NCBI GenBank assembly: GCA_963703315.1
Contig: OY969811.1
Span: 3,488,001 to 3,552,000 of the forward strand
Direction: 5' to 3'
Length of the DNA: 64,000 bases
Source of the DNA: an uncultured cyanobacterium
GTDB lineage: Bacteria; Cyanobacteriota; Cyanobacteriia; Pseudanabaenales; Pseudanabaenaceae
Within the stretch, counting starts at the first letter, position 1. Each line of letters opens with the position of its first letter. The notes beneath the pieces were generated by a model. The model made no database searches and was not told the origin of the DNA. It saw only the letters and a list, made by a program, of their open reading frames with translations. Shown in pieces: positions 8,474 to 17,100 of the stretch. The translations under genes were made by a program, and so were the position numbers.

Positions 8474-8743
8474 CTATAAACGCTTTAGAATTTCGTCATA
8501 CTCTGCGTGAGAGCCAATCCAAAACCAATAGATATGATCGTTTTCTAGCAATCCAAGAACCCGATAGTTAAGTCCAACTCTTACTGAATAGATTGGCTGA
8601 TTTTGGCTAACTCGCTTAAACTGGAGACTTCCTTGATACGGATCTGACTGCCAGATCTCATAAGCTTTGATTACTTGTTTCTGTGTTGTTTCTGGCAGTT
8701 GGTCGAGTTCTTTACGAAATTTGTTTGTAATACTAGATTTCAT
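8474..8743 (-). CDS. RelE/HigB-like toxin (ParE-like family)
   Basis: FRKELDQLP...DPYQGSLQFKRV...YSVRVGLNYRVLG...WFWIGSHAEYD. Confidence 0.8.
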   Translation of the reverse strand: MKSSITNKFRKELDQLPETTQKQVIKAYEIWQSDPYQGSLQFKRVSQNQPIYSVRVGLNYRVLGLLENDHIYWFWIGSHAEYDEILKRL

Positions 8744-8746
8744 AAG

Positions 8747-9538
8747 TTATCTCACATCAGACTTCAAGATATCAGGTTTTTCTCCATTAGAGCGTAAGAA
8801 TATTTCGATATTATCTTTTAGATCTATTAAAAAACTCTTAAGTTCTGAATATTCAGATAACGAAATACGAGAGGTTGTCGGAAAGCGTCGATCAGAACTT
8901 AGAGCATAACAAATACTTTGTTCTACCATATCCTTAATTACTGGGATGTAGTCAGATGGAGGCAATTCAAACGATTTGGGAAGAGAGTTATTGATTAATT
9001 TATCCTCAAAATCCAAGAATATTTCTTCGCAATACTTTGCTACTTCAATAAGTCGCCCAACAAAATAAGTCTTTTCTAATGGAAGAATATACAGATCTTT
9101 TACTTCTTCGTCAAAAAAGTCTCCATCGCTATCAAAAAGTGGCCAAGTAACTTTGACTTGACGATTAGTCCAAATTTTCTCATGAATAGATAGAGCAAGA
9201 TCTGACTGTTGCTGCACAACATACATAGCAACTTTAGGACGATTAGAATCAGTTTTAGGAATGATTGTTGCGTACTGTTTACGATAACGAACCTCGTATA
9301 AATCCTTTAAACCAAGCTCATCTAATATCGCAATTACTGTCTCAATAGTTGGTATGCCAGAAGAATTAACTCCTGTACTTGCTGCTGAAGATAATTCTTT
9401 CTGATGGAGCAAATCACTGATACCCAATAAAGACTGGAGTTGCTTGATATCCCAAGCGATCTTTTGAGTACCATCATCGAGCGTTAGTAGCTCAACATTT
9501 AAGGGTTGTCTGTTCACGATCCTCATATACCCAAACAC
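8747..9538 (-). CDS. Hypothetical protein (~260 aa; likely ATG start at 9526)
   Basis: Long open frame in AT-rich DNA; no motif recognised; stop is 3 bp before the toxin start. Confidence 0.7.
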   Translation of the reverse strand: MFGYMRIVNRQPLNVELLTLDDGTQKIAWDIKQLQSLLGISDLLHQKELSSAASTGVNSSGIPTIETVIAILDELGLKDLYEVRYRKQYATIIPKTDSNRPKVAMYVVQQQSDLALSIHEKIWTNRQVKVTWPLFDSDGDFFDEEVKDLYILPLEKTYFVGRLIEVAKYCEEIFLDFEDKLINNSLPKSFELPPSDYIPVIKDMVEQSICYALSSDRRFPTTSRISLSEYSELKSFLIDLKDNIEIFLRSNGEKPDILKSDVR

Positions 9539-9610
9539 ACTAATTTGACTGCTTGGGCTTATCCTAACACACTAATTTGGCTTTTTGGGTGACTTTGGTA
9601 AAAATTTTTT

Positions 9611-9745
9611 GTGGCTACGATCAGCGACGATCCTGAGGATGAAATGACCGAACCTGAAGAAATTGCTGCCGCGATCGCCACTCATCTAAAAAATGCTTTA
9701 AGTGCGATCGCCGATTTAATGGAAGAATTGGAAAATGTTGTCTAG
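9611..9745 (+). pseudogene. hsdM: C-terminal remnant of a type I R-M methyltransferase
   Basis: Manual translation VATISDDPEDEMTEPEEIAAAIATHLKNALSAIADLMEELENVV*, with a W-L-R triplet just upstream in a shifted frame. Resembles the EcoKI-type HsdM tail (WL.D...LPEP..LA.E....L..AL..L..L..EL). Confidence 0.65.
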
Positions 9746-9799
9746 AAAGTTGTCTAGAAATAGGTTACACGATCGCTCATTTACTATGACTCAATAATT

Positions 9800-10735
9800 A
9801 TGCGTGTTGTATTTTTTGGAACTCCAGACTTTGCAGTTCCCACATTAGAGAAACTATTATCAGAGCCAGATTTTGAAGTAGTGGGTGTGGTGTCGCAGCC
9901 TGATACGAGGCGTGGACGCGGTAATCAAGTTACGCCTCCACCTGTAAAAGCCGCCGCGATCGCCAAAAATCCCGATCTCCAGATCTGGCAACCCGATCGC
10001 CTTAAAAAAGATCAACAGGTACTTGCAGAACTGGCAGCTATTAATGCTGCTGTATTTGTAGTTGTGGCTTATGGACAGATTCTTTCACAAAAGATCTTGA
10101 ATATGCCTAAGCATGGCTGTATTAACGTGCATGGTTCGCTATTACCGAAATATCGTGGGGCAGCACCGATCCAATGGGCGATCGCCAATGGTGAAAGTAG
10201 CACTGGCATTACGACCATGCAAATGGATGCAGGTATTGATACGGGCGCGATGTTACTTAAAGCCGAATTAGCAATCTTGCCTGAAGATAATACCGATACT
10301 TTGAGTGAGAAGCTGGCTAAATTAGGAGCAGATTTATTAATTGATACTTTACGACGCTTAAATACAATTACACCTGAACCTCAAGATGACTCTTTGTCCT
10401 GCTATTCACCAATGATTGGGCGTGAGGATTGGGAACTAGACTGGAATCAAGAGGCGATCGCTTTGCATAATCGCATTCGTGCCTTCTATCCCAATTGCTA
10501 TACCGAATATCGCGGGCAGAGGTTAAAGATTACCAAAACAGAAGTGATTGCAGAAGATGAGAATCTAGAGAATGTTGGTAAGGTGACGGAAATCTGTAAA
10601 GGCAAAGGTTTTGTATTGCAGACTGGTCAAGGATTATTACTAATTAAAGAAGTCCAACCTGCGGGTAAGAAACTGCAATCGGGTTGGGATTTTGTTAATG
10701 GTGCAAGAATTGCGATCGGTGAATCTTTTGCATAA
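9800..10735 (+). CDS. fmt: Methionyl-tRNA formyltransferase
   Basis: FFGTPDFAV, VVAYGQIL, INVHGSLLPKYRGAAPIQ, DAGIDTG. Confidence 0.97.
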   Translation: MRVVFFGTPDFAVPTLEKLLSEPDFEVVGVVSQPDTRRGRGNQVTPPPVKAAAIAKNPDLQIWQPDRLKKDQQVLAELAAINAAVFVVVAYGQILSQKILNMPKHGCINVHGSLLPKYRGAAPIQWAIANGESSTGITTMQMDAGIDTGAMLLKAELAILPEDNTDTLSEKLAKLGADLLIDTLRRLNTITPEPQDDSLSCYSPMIGREDWELDWNQEAIALHNRIRAFYPNCYTEYRGQRLKITKTEVIAEDENLENVGKVTEICKGKGFVLQTGQGLLLIKEVQPAGKKLQSGWDFVNGARIAIGESFA

Positions 10736-10770
10736 GCAAAAAGCGGCACTAAGTGCCGCTTTTTGCTTAT
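10732..10770. terminator. Bidirectional terminator / REP-like hairpin between convergent fmt and TPR genes
   Basis: ATAAGCAAAAAGCGGCACT-A-AGTGCCGCTTTTTGCTTAT perfect palindrome with A/T tails; contains both stop codons. Confidence 0.8.
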
Positions 10771-11633
10771 TGTTTTTTAGGAGTTTCAGGAGTCGTGCTA
10801 GGTGTTTGAGTGGAATTGGTAGAGGATGGCTTTTGGGGAGAGAGCGTAGATAGACGCTTAACTTCATCTTTAAATTCGGCAGGAGCTAGCTCTAGTCCTT
10901 TATCAAAGAGTTTTTTCGCTTCATCCTCTTTACCTTGAACTTGCTTTAATTGCGCCTTCCCAACGTAAGGACGAAAATCTTTACCACTGTCTTTAATCAT
11001 CTGATCATAAGTAGCGATCGCATCATCGATACGATTTTGTTGACGATAGACTTCACCAAGAATCCAACGTACTGAGCCTGTATCAACGGTATTTGCTTGG
11101 ATTTTGTTAGCGGTTTCCGCAGTTTTGAGTGCGTCTTGGAGAATACCGATCGCCGCTTCAGGACGCTTATCCGATAACTCAATACTAACAATACTTTGCA
11201 ACGCAGGAATATAACCCGGTTTTGTAGTCAAAATTTTGCGATATTCCGCCGACGCATTTTTAGGGTCTTTGAGTTCAATGTAAGTACGCGCTAAGGTCAT
11301 CCGATATTCAGGCTGATCGGGAAAAGTATCAGAAAGGGTTTGTAGCGGTTCGATCGTTTCTTTAACTTTGCCCAGTTGATTTCTAAGGTTAACTAGACCA
11401 ATCAGTGCAGTTTGGTTTTTAGGATCGCTTTTTAGCACAGCCTCAAAACCCTCGATCTGAATTTTGATGCGCTCTTGCTCAGAGGCGTTTTGGTTGGATT
11501 GATTAGTTGCTTGCTGCTGCGTTGGGGCAAACAAACCACCAATCAGTGGTGCGATCGATACGCCCAAGAACGAGAGCGTAATTACGATTAAAACACCATT
11601 AATAATCCATTGCCTTGCTGTACGTTGAGTCAC
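10767..11633 (-). CDS. Tetratricopeptide-repeat protein with N-terminal membrane anchor
   Basis: Hydrophobic N-terminal segment followed by TPR-like helical repeats. Confidence 0.85.
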   Translation of the reverse strand: MTQRTARQWIINGVLIVITLSFLGVSIAPLIGGLFAPTQQQATNQSNQNASEQERIKIQIEGFEAVLKSDPKNQTALIGLVNLRNQLGKVKETIEPLQTLSDTFPDQPEYRMTLARTYIELKDPKNASAEYRKILTTKPGYIPALQSIVSIELSDKRPEAAIGILQDALKTAETANKIQANTVDTGSVRWILGEVYRQQNRIDDAIATYDQMIKDSGKDFRPYVGKAQLKQVQGKEDEAKKLFDKGLELAPAEFKDEVKRLSTLSPQKPSSTNSTQTPSTTPETPKKQ

Positions 11634-11651
11634 GATATTTACCCTAAATTC

Positions 11652-11718
11652 AATTAAAAGCCAAACCCAGTAAGGGTTTTTAAAACTAAAAATGGCATAG
11701 CCATTTTTAGTTTTGGTA
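11652..11718. mobile_element. Partial copy of the MITE-like element at 23324-23424
   Basis: CAAACCCAGTAAGGGTTTTTAAAACTAAAAATGGC-ATA-GCCATTTTTAGTTTTGGTA nearly identical to the right half of 23324-23424. Confidence 0.75.
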
Positions 11719-11785
11719 TCACACCATAGTTTACCTCAAGAGGTTGTTATAGACAGCTTCCGCAAATCAACTCATGCCAAATTAA

Positions 11786-11816
11786 TAGGGTGGCGGCGCT
11801 TCGCGCCGCCACCCTA
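11786..11816. repeat. REP-like palindrome (GGCGGCGC-TTC-GCGCCGCC family); may also act as terminator
   Basis: TAGGGTGGCGGCGCTTCGCGCCGCCACCCTA just downstream of the PTOX stop. Confidence 0.8.
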
Positions 11817-11822
11817 AACTGT

Positions 11823-12566
11823 CTAAATAGCCTGCTCTTCTTTGGGAGTTACTTCAGGTTCGGTTTCCATAAATGAAACTACAGTACTCACTTGCGCGAT
11901 CGCTTGAGGCTGTTTTTCATGAGGACTCTTTAAAGTCTTATCAGCTTGAGGCTGTTGGCAAGCGTGCATCGTTTTGACGTGTTCATCTTCATCATCCCGA
12001 ATAGCGACAAATACATCATACAAATTATCAATTTTGGGACGACGGTAAGAGTTTGGATGCGAAGTTTGGAACTCGTCAAACAGATAGAGATCACCATCAC
12101 GGAAATAATTAATCGCAATCTGGGGAGCAGGTTGTTGTTTTAGTTCTGCTTCATTGGCTTTTAAATAGTCGTCATAGCTATGGAAAGCGTGTTGCTCAAC
12201 TTTTTCCATAAAGTTGTAAGCAGCTTTCGGATTGACCATATAAATCAATACGATAATCCAGTAATAAAGGAGAGCGGTTGTTTTAGCAAGCAGGCGATCG
12301 GGCCAAAACTTATTACCACCCAACTCTTCCATAATCAGAAGATGGTGCAATTCATTCCAAGATTCAGCAAAATGGATTTTTAGCCAGTCCGCCTTACGCC
12401 ACAATCCTAAGGTTTCATAGAGGTGAAGTACGGAAACATAGGAGAAATATGGTACACGGGCAACGGTTTCGAGAACGTAAAAGCGGGGAATCGGGCGATC
12501 GCGGTAAACATTGTTAATCACGAATACTAACAAGTTGACAAGAGCTTGGATCATGCTTGACTCCAT
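11823..12566 (-). CDS. ptox: Plastoquinol terminal oxidase (alternative oxidase family)
   Basis: RFYVLETVARVPYFSY, ESWNELHHL, EQHA and RDDEDEH di-iron ligand motifs. Confidence 0.93.
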   Translation of the reverse strand: MESSMIQALVNLLVFVINNVYRDRPIPRFYVLETVARVPYFSYVSVLHLYETLGLWRKADWLKIHFAESWNELHHLLIMEELGGNKFWPDRLLAKTTALLYYWIIVLIYMVNPKAAYNFMEKVEQHAFHSYDDYLKANEAELKQQPAPQIAINYFRDGDLYLFDEFQTSHPNSYRRPKIDNLYDVFVAIRDDEDEHVKTMHACQQPQADKTLKSPHEKQPQAIAQVSTVVSFMETEPEVTPKEEQAI

Positions 12567-12678
12567 TAATTAGAATCTACTGCTCTATTTTAAATGGGTA
12601 GTCAATTTGTTGTGGATTATGACAGCTTTATTTAAGGTTAGGATTCACGCAAAAATGCCTTGAAACCCCTACATTTGA

Positions 12679-12709
12679 AGGGTGGGCGGCGCAAAGCGCC
12701 GCCCACCCT
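12679..12709. repeat. REP-like palindrome / terminator
   Basis: AGGGTGGGCGGCGC-AAA-GCGCCGCCCACCCT. Confidence 0.8.
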
Positions 12710-12715
12710 AGTGAC

Positions 12716-13588
12716 TTAGCTGAAAAAGTTGGCAGTGATGCGTACAGTTGCAGTACAGCTAGCATTAGGTTCTAGCACAGTCAAATATTCCTTAGTATTC
12801 AGAGAATTACGAGTTGCGCTCCAAGGCTCTAGACAATAGAAGTCTTTACCCTTAACTGTCCAAAAAACTAGATAAGTATAAAAATCATCGTAGTCGATCG
12901 CAATCTTGAGTTGGCGATCGTTGTCAACAACGGAAGTTGAGCGACTAGAAAGCTTACCAAATACAGAATCAATCTCATCTTGATCGAAGTTAAACTTACC
13001 ATCAAAATCAAAGCTCTCTTTGGTGCGATTATCCTCATACCTTGCTGAGGGAATATCTACTTCAATCTGATTTTTGTCGCCACAGAGAAAATAAGGATGG
13101 AAGCCTGAAGAGAAAGGCATCGGTGTGGATGAGAGATTTTTATATTCTTGGCGAATCTCTAAAGTGTTTCCACGTAACGCATAGGTAAAGGTCAAATGAA
13201 AATCAAAGGGATAGACCGCCTTAGTTTGCTCATTACTCACTAGCTCAAGGGTCACACTTGCTTCACCGTCATGACCTTGTGATGTCGCTTTCCAAGGTAA
13301 CTCACGGGCAAATCCATGCTGTTTGATTTTATAGTCAGTTCCATTGACATTGTAAGTGTCATTAGGCAAATTACCACAGAGTGGAAAGAGAATTGGATTA
13401 CCACCTCTAACGCTCAAATCAGGATGGGTAAACCGCTCAGTATCAAGATAGAAAACCTCCTGACCATCAATACGCCAGCTTGTGACAATCCCACCTCTTT
13501 CTGGTACAACTTCTATTTGAGAGTTTGTGCTGTCATCGGACAGAATATAGGTGTTGTATTGCTTTTGCTGCGAAGAAACTGTATACAC
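12716..13588 (-). CDS. Aldose 1-epimerase family protein
   Basis: RGGNPILFP, QHGFAR, GFHPYF, YCLEPW. Confidence 0.92.
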   Translation of the reverse strand: MYTVSSQQKQYNTYILSDDSTNSQIEVVPERGGIVTSWRIDGQEVFYLDTERFTHPDLSVRGGNPILFPLCGNLPNDTYNVNGTDYKIKQHGFARELPWKATSQGHDGEASVTLELVSNEQTKAVYPFDFHLTFTYALRGNTLEIRQEYKNLSSTPMPFSSGFHPYFLCGDKNQIEVDIPSARYEDNRTKESFDFDGKFNFDQDEIDSVFGKLSSRSTSVVDNDRQLKIAIDYDDFYTYLVFWTVKGKDFYCLEPWSATRNSLNTKEYLTVLEPNASCTATVRITANFFS

Positions 13589-13647
13589 AAATTTTGCCCT
13601 GTAACATTCCAGAAATAATTATATAACAATGAAAGCGGTGCTTTCAT

Positions 13648-14058
13648 CTATTTAGATTTCGGGATGTTACAGCCAAACGGATAAGCGGTGTGATAGGTGC
13701 GATCGCGTTTGCCAAACAATTGATAACGATGGTCTCGAATTTGGATGTAAGTTGAGTCACCCAAAGATTTCAGAGGAGAAATTGCTCGATAAGCAGCAAT
13801 TAATACATCACCCATCGGCAACAATCGTGTAATTTCTTCAGCCGCCTCACTACCCTGCCATCTTTGCGTAGCATCCTCACAATCAATCAAAATCATCCCC
13901 ATTTCACAGTCAACAGCCGAGACATTAAATAGTGCCAGCGTTTGCTCATCTTGCATGGGGATATAGCAAAACTGACGACCGCGATCAAATTTCTCTAAAA
14001 CGCTGACAAAGTTAGAGCAGAGATTACAGTTACCGTCATAGATTACAGCGTAAGACAT
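13648..14058 (-). CDS. DCC1-like thiol-disulfide oxidoreductase (DUF393)
   Basis: N-terminal YDGNCNLC (DxxCxxC); C-terminal RYQLFG. Confidence 0.88.
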   Translation of the reverse strand: MSYAVIYDGNCNLCSNFVSVLEKFDRGRQFCYIPMQDEQTLALFNVSAVDCEMGMILIDCEDATQRWQGSEAAEEITRLLPMGDVLIAAYRAISPLKSLGDSTYIQIRDHRYQLFGKRDRTYHTAYPFGCNIPKSK

Positions 14059-14086
14059 AATAGATTAGATGAATTCTTTACTAAGG

Positions 14087-14115
14087 GAATGATGAGGCAC
14101 TGCGTCTCATCATTC
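14087..14115. terminator. Hairpin downstream of the pentapeptide-repeat gene
   Basis: GAATGATGAGGCA-C-TGCGTCTCATCATTC imperfect inverted repeat. Confidence 0.55.
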
Positions 14116-14120
14116 TAGAT

Positions 14121-17100
14121 TTAGAACTTGCAGGGACCTTTTTTAGCATTAGGACAAATGGTCTCTTCATCTGTTTTTGGCAACTTACTTGGTTCAAAAA
14201 TGACACCACTCAGATTAATTCCATTTAACTTTGCGCCACTCCAGTTAGCTCCATTAATCTGACTACCAGAGAGATTTGCGCCACTCAAATCCGTACCAGT
14301 CATATCAGTATAGTTAAGCCTCGTATTCGATAAATTAGCCCGTTTTAAACTGGTGAAGCTGAGGTTTAAGCCAGACAGGTCTTGATTGGCTAAATTACGA
14401 CCCTCACGCATATCGTTCACAATTTGCCAAGCTAATAAAGTTGTTGAATTAAATTTTGTCGCTTTGTCTGTTCCTTGAGCGCCAATTTTAGAACCTTTCA
14501 AGTTAACGCCTTCCATTTTTGCACCAACAAAGTTAGAAAGAGTTAAATTTGACTCGGCAAGATCTACGAAAATCATTTGTGCTTTGTTGAACTCTGCCCA
14601 GATCACACTCGCACGAATTAACCGTGCTTTACTCAAGTTGGCATTGGTAAAGTTTACGCCATCAAGATTTGCGTCCTGAAAATTTGCACCTACCAGACTC
14701 GCATCTTGCATTTTTGCACCCGTGAGCGTGGCTTTACTGAAGTCAACGTTATCCAGTTTAGCGCCCTTAAAGTCTGCATTCGTAAAGTCTTTACCACTAG
14801 CATCTTTAAATATTCCCCACCTGAGACCAATATCAAAAACTGGTCTATTCAGGAGACTATAGAGCGTAAAAGCGCCGCCGATCGCTGCTAATCCGATTAC
14901 AGGAATTTTGAGATAATCTTGCCATAGAGATTCTAAGCTAATGCTAGGCATCTTTATGGGTGGCTTTTTGGGAGGGAGTTCTGCTTCAGTTATGGATTGT
15001 TGAAATTCTTCATAGGATTCATAGTTATCTTCGGTAAAGCGATTAAAATCCATTTGATCTCGAGGCATACCCATACTAGCTTGGGTCGGCTCATTAAAGC
15101 TCGGCATTGGTTTGCGGCGATCGCGAGGTATTTCCTTGGTTTCACTAGTACCTGTTGAATCAAACCGCGCAGAAGATGGGGGATTGCTTCTACCACGAGA
15201 GGGTAACTGTGTACTTTGCTTACTGATAGTGGTGATACTGTCTGATAAATCGCTATTATCAAGTAAACCTGACCAATCATTGCCATCAGCATGAATTTCT
15301 ATACCAAGATCATTAAAGTCAGGTAGATCGATTTCCTTGCGCCTAGAACCACTAGAACCTCGCGAAGAATTGGCAGCTTTACCTTGTGATGGTCTACCTG
15401 ATGCTCCTGCGATTGGAGTGGCTGTACTGCCCATGCTACCTGTATCTGACGATCTTAGTCCGCCCGAAAGTACTGTCTCCGCATCTAATAATTCTGACCA
15501 ACTATCATCGATCGTATTAATCGACTTCCGATTTTTATGTGGATCTGGTTGAGCATGAAACCGATCAAAATCATCCTCTCTACCTCTTCTGCCCATTGTG
15601 TTTTGGGTTTGCGGTTGAGAATCAATAGAAGGAGGTGGCGGTAAAGGCGCAGTATTGCTCTGATTAGGGATGCGCTTTGGTGGTAGTGGTGGTAAAAAAG
15701 GTGGCGGTGGCGGTGGGCTGCTCACAGATGGAGCAGTAGGTTCTTGCCTAGTCGCGATGGGAGGAACTGGCGGAAGCGGAGCGATCGGTGGTGCTGGTGG
15801 AACTAATCCCGTTGATATTGTCGGAGATACAAAACCCGAACCAAAATCATCGCCCGTAAGTTGCGAATCCATACTATCTAGATCGAATTCGTCTAAAAAG
15901 TCGCTACTATCTATGCCCACATTGGTAACACTTTTACCAATGTTGACAGGCGGTACAAAATTTACAGGTGGCGGTGATATCTGTTGTGGTGATACAAAAT
16001 TGTCTAATCCACCAGAATTTGTACCATAACTGTTCAGTAAATCTTTGTCTGCGGCTTCTTGATATTCATCCATTTCCTCATAGCTTTCATTGAGCAAATC
16101 ATGAGCCATCGCTTCCTGCAAGAAGTCAGTTTCTGAGATGAGATTATCTGTGGAGCTATTTAGAGCATCAAATGGAGGATTTGGAACCACTCCTGACGTG
16201 AACTGCTCTTCTGGAGATGGAATAGGTGCAACCCTAATAGGAGTGAGTGTTGTAGGCATACTTACATTATTGAAATTGCCAAGCGGCTCTTCTAACAGAC
16301 TATCTTCATCAAAAGTAGCTAGATCAAAATCTTCATTGAGCATACTGTCTAGCTTATGATCATTCCCATTGGTGACAGATTCCGCAATCTCTGCATTCCA
16401 GTTAGGGTTTTGTAAGCTAGTACTCACTGGTACGACAACATTATTACTAAGGTCATCAGCATAGTTATCGAACTCGTCAATAAAGCTAGATTCAGTAATT
16501 TGATCAGCAATAGATTCACTTAAGTTTGACCAACCCGAAGATAAATCCATAGAATCATCAGGTTTTTTAATTTCGTTAGGCTCTACCTCCGATTTAGCTT
16601 GGTTGTATTCATCATGCTGGACGCTAGCATCAATATTTGAAGAGATATATGCATCAGAAGGCACGAATTCATCAGTTGAAAACGTATCTGGAAGTTCATG
16701 CTCTACCTCTGTGGTAACAATTGTAGGAACATTCCAATCAACAGCATCATTACCATGACTAATTTCAGCCTCTAGATCTGCACTCCAATCGTCATTAATA
16801 ACATCTTCAGATGGAACCTGATGATCTAGCTGATCATCAAATGTCTGCTCAAATTTCTGCTCAGAATCTTGTTCGGAGGCTAAGCCAAAGTCTGCATCAA
16901 AAGCTTGTTCGATATTTTCGGGGCTAGATATATTTAAGCTGATATTTTCTTCTATTTCGAGATTCTCAGCTTCTGGTATGTTCTCCCAATCATCTAATGA
17001 GCCAAAAGCATTGTCAATTGCTGGTGATGATTCTGAAGGGGAGTCAATGCTAGAGGAGCTATGCCAAATTGAATCATCGATCGCCTGATCTCCAGCCTGA

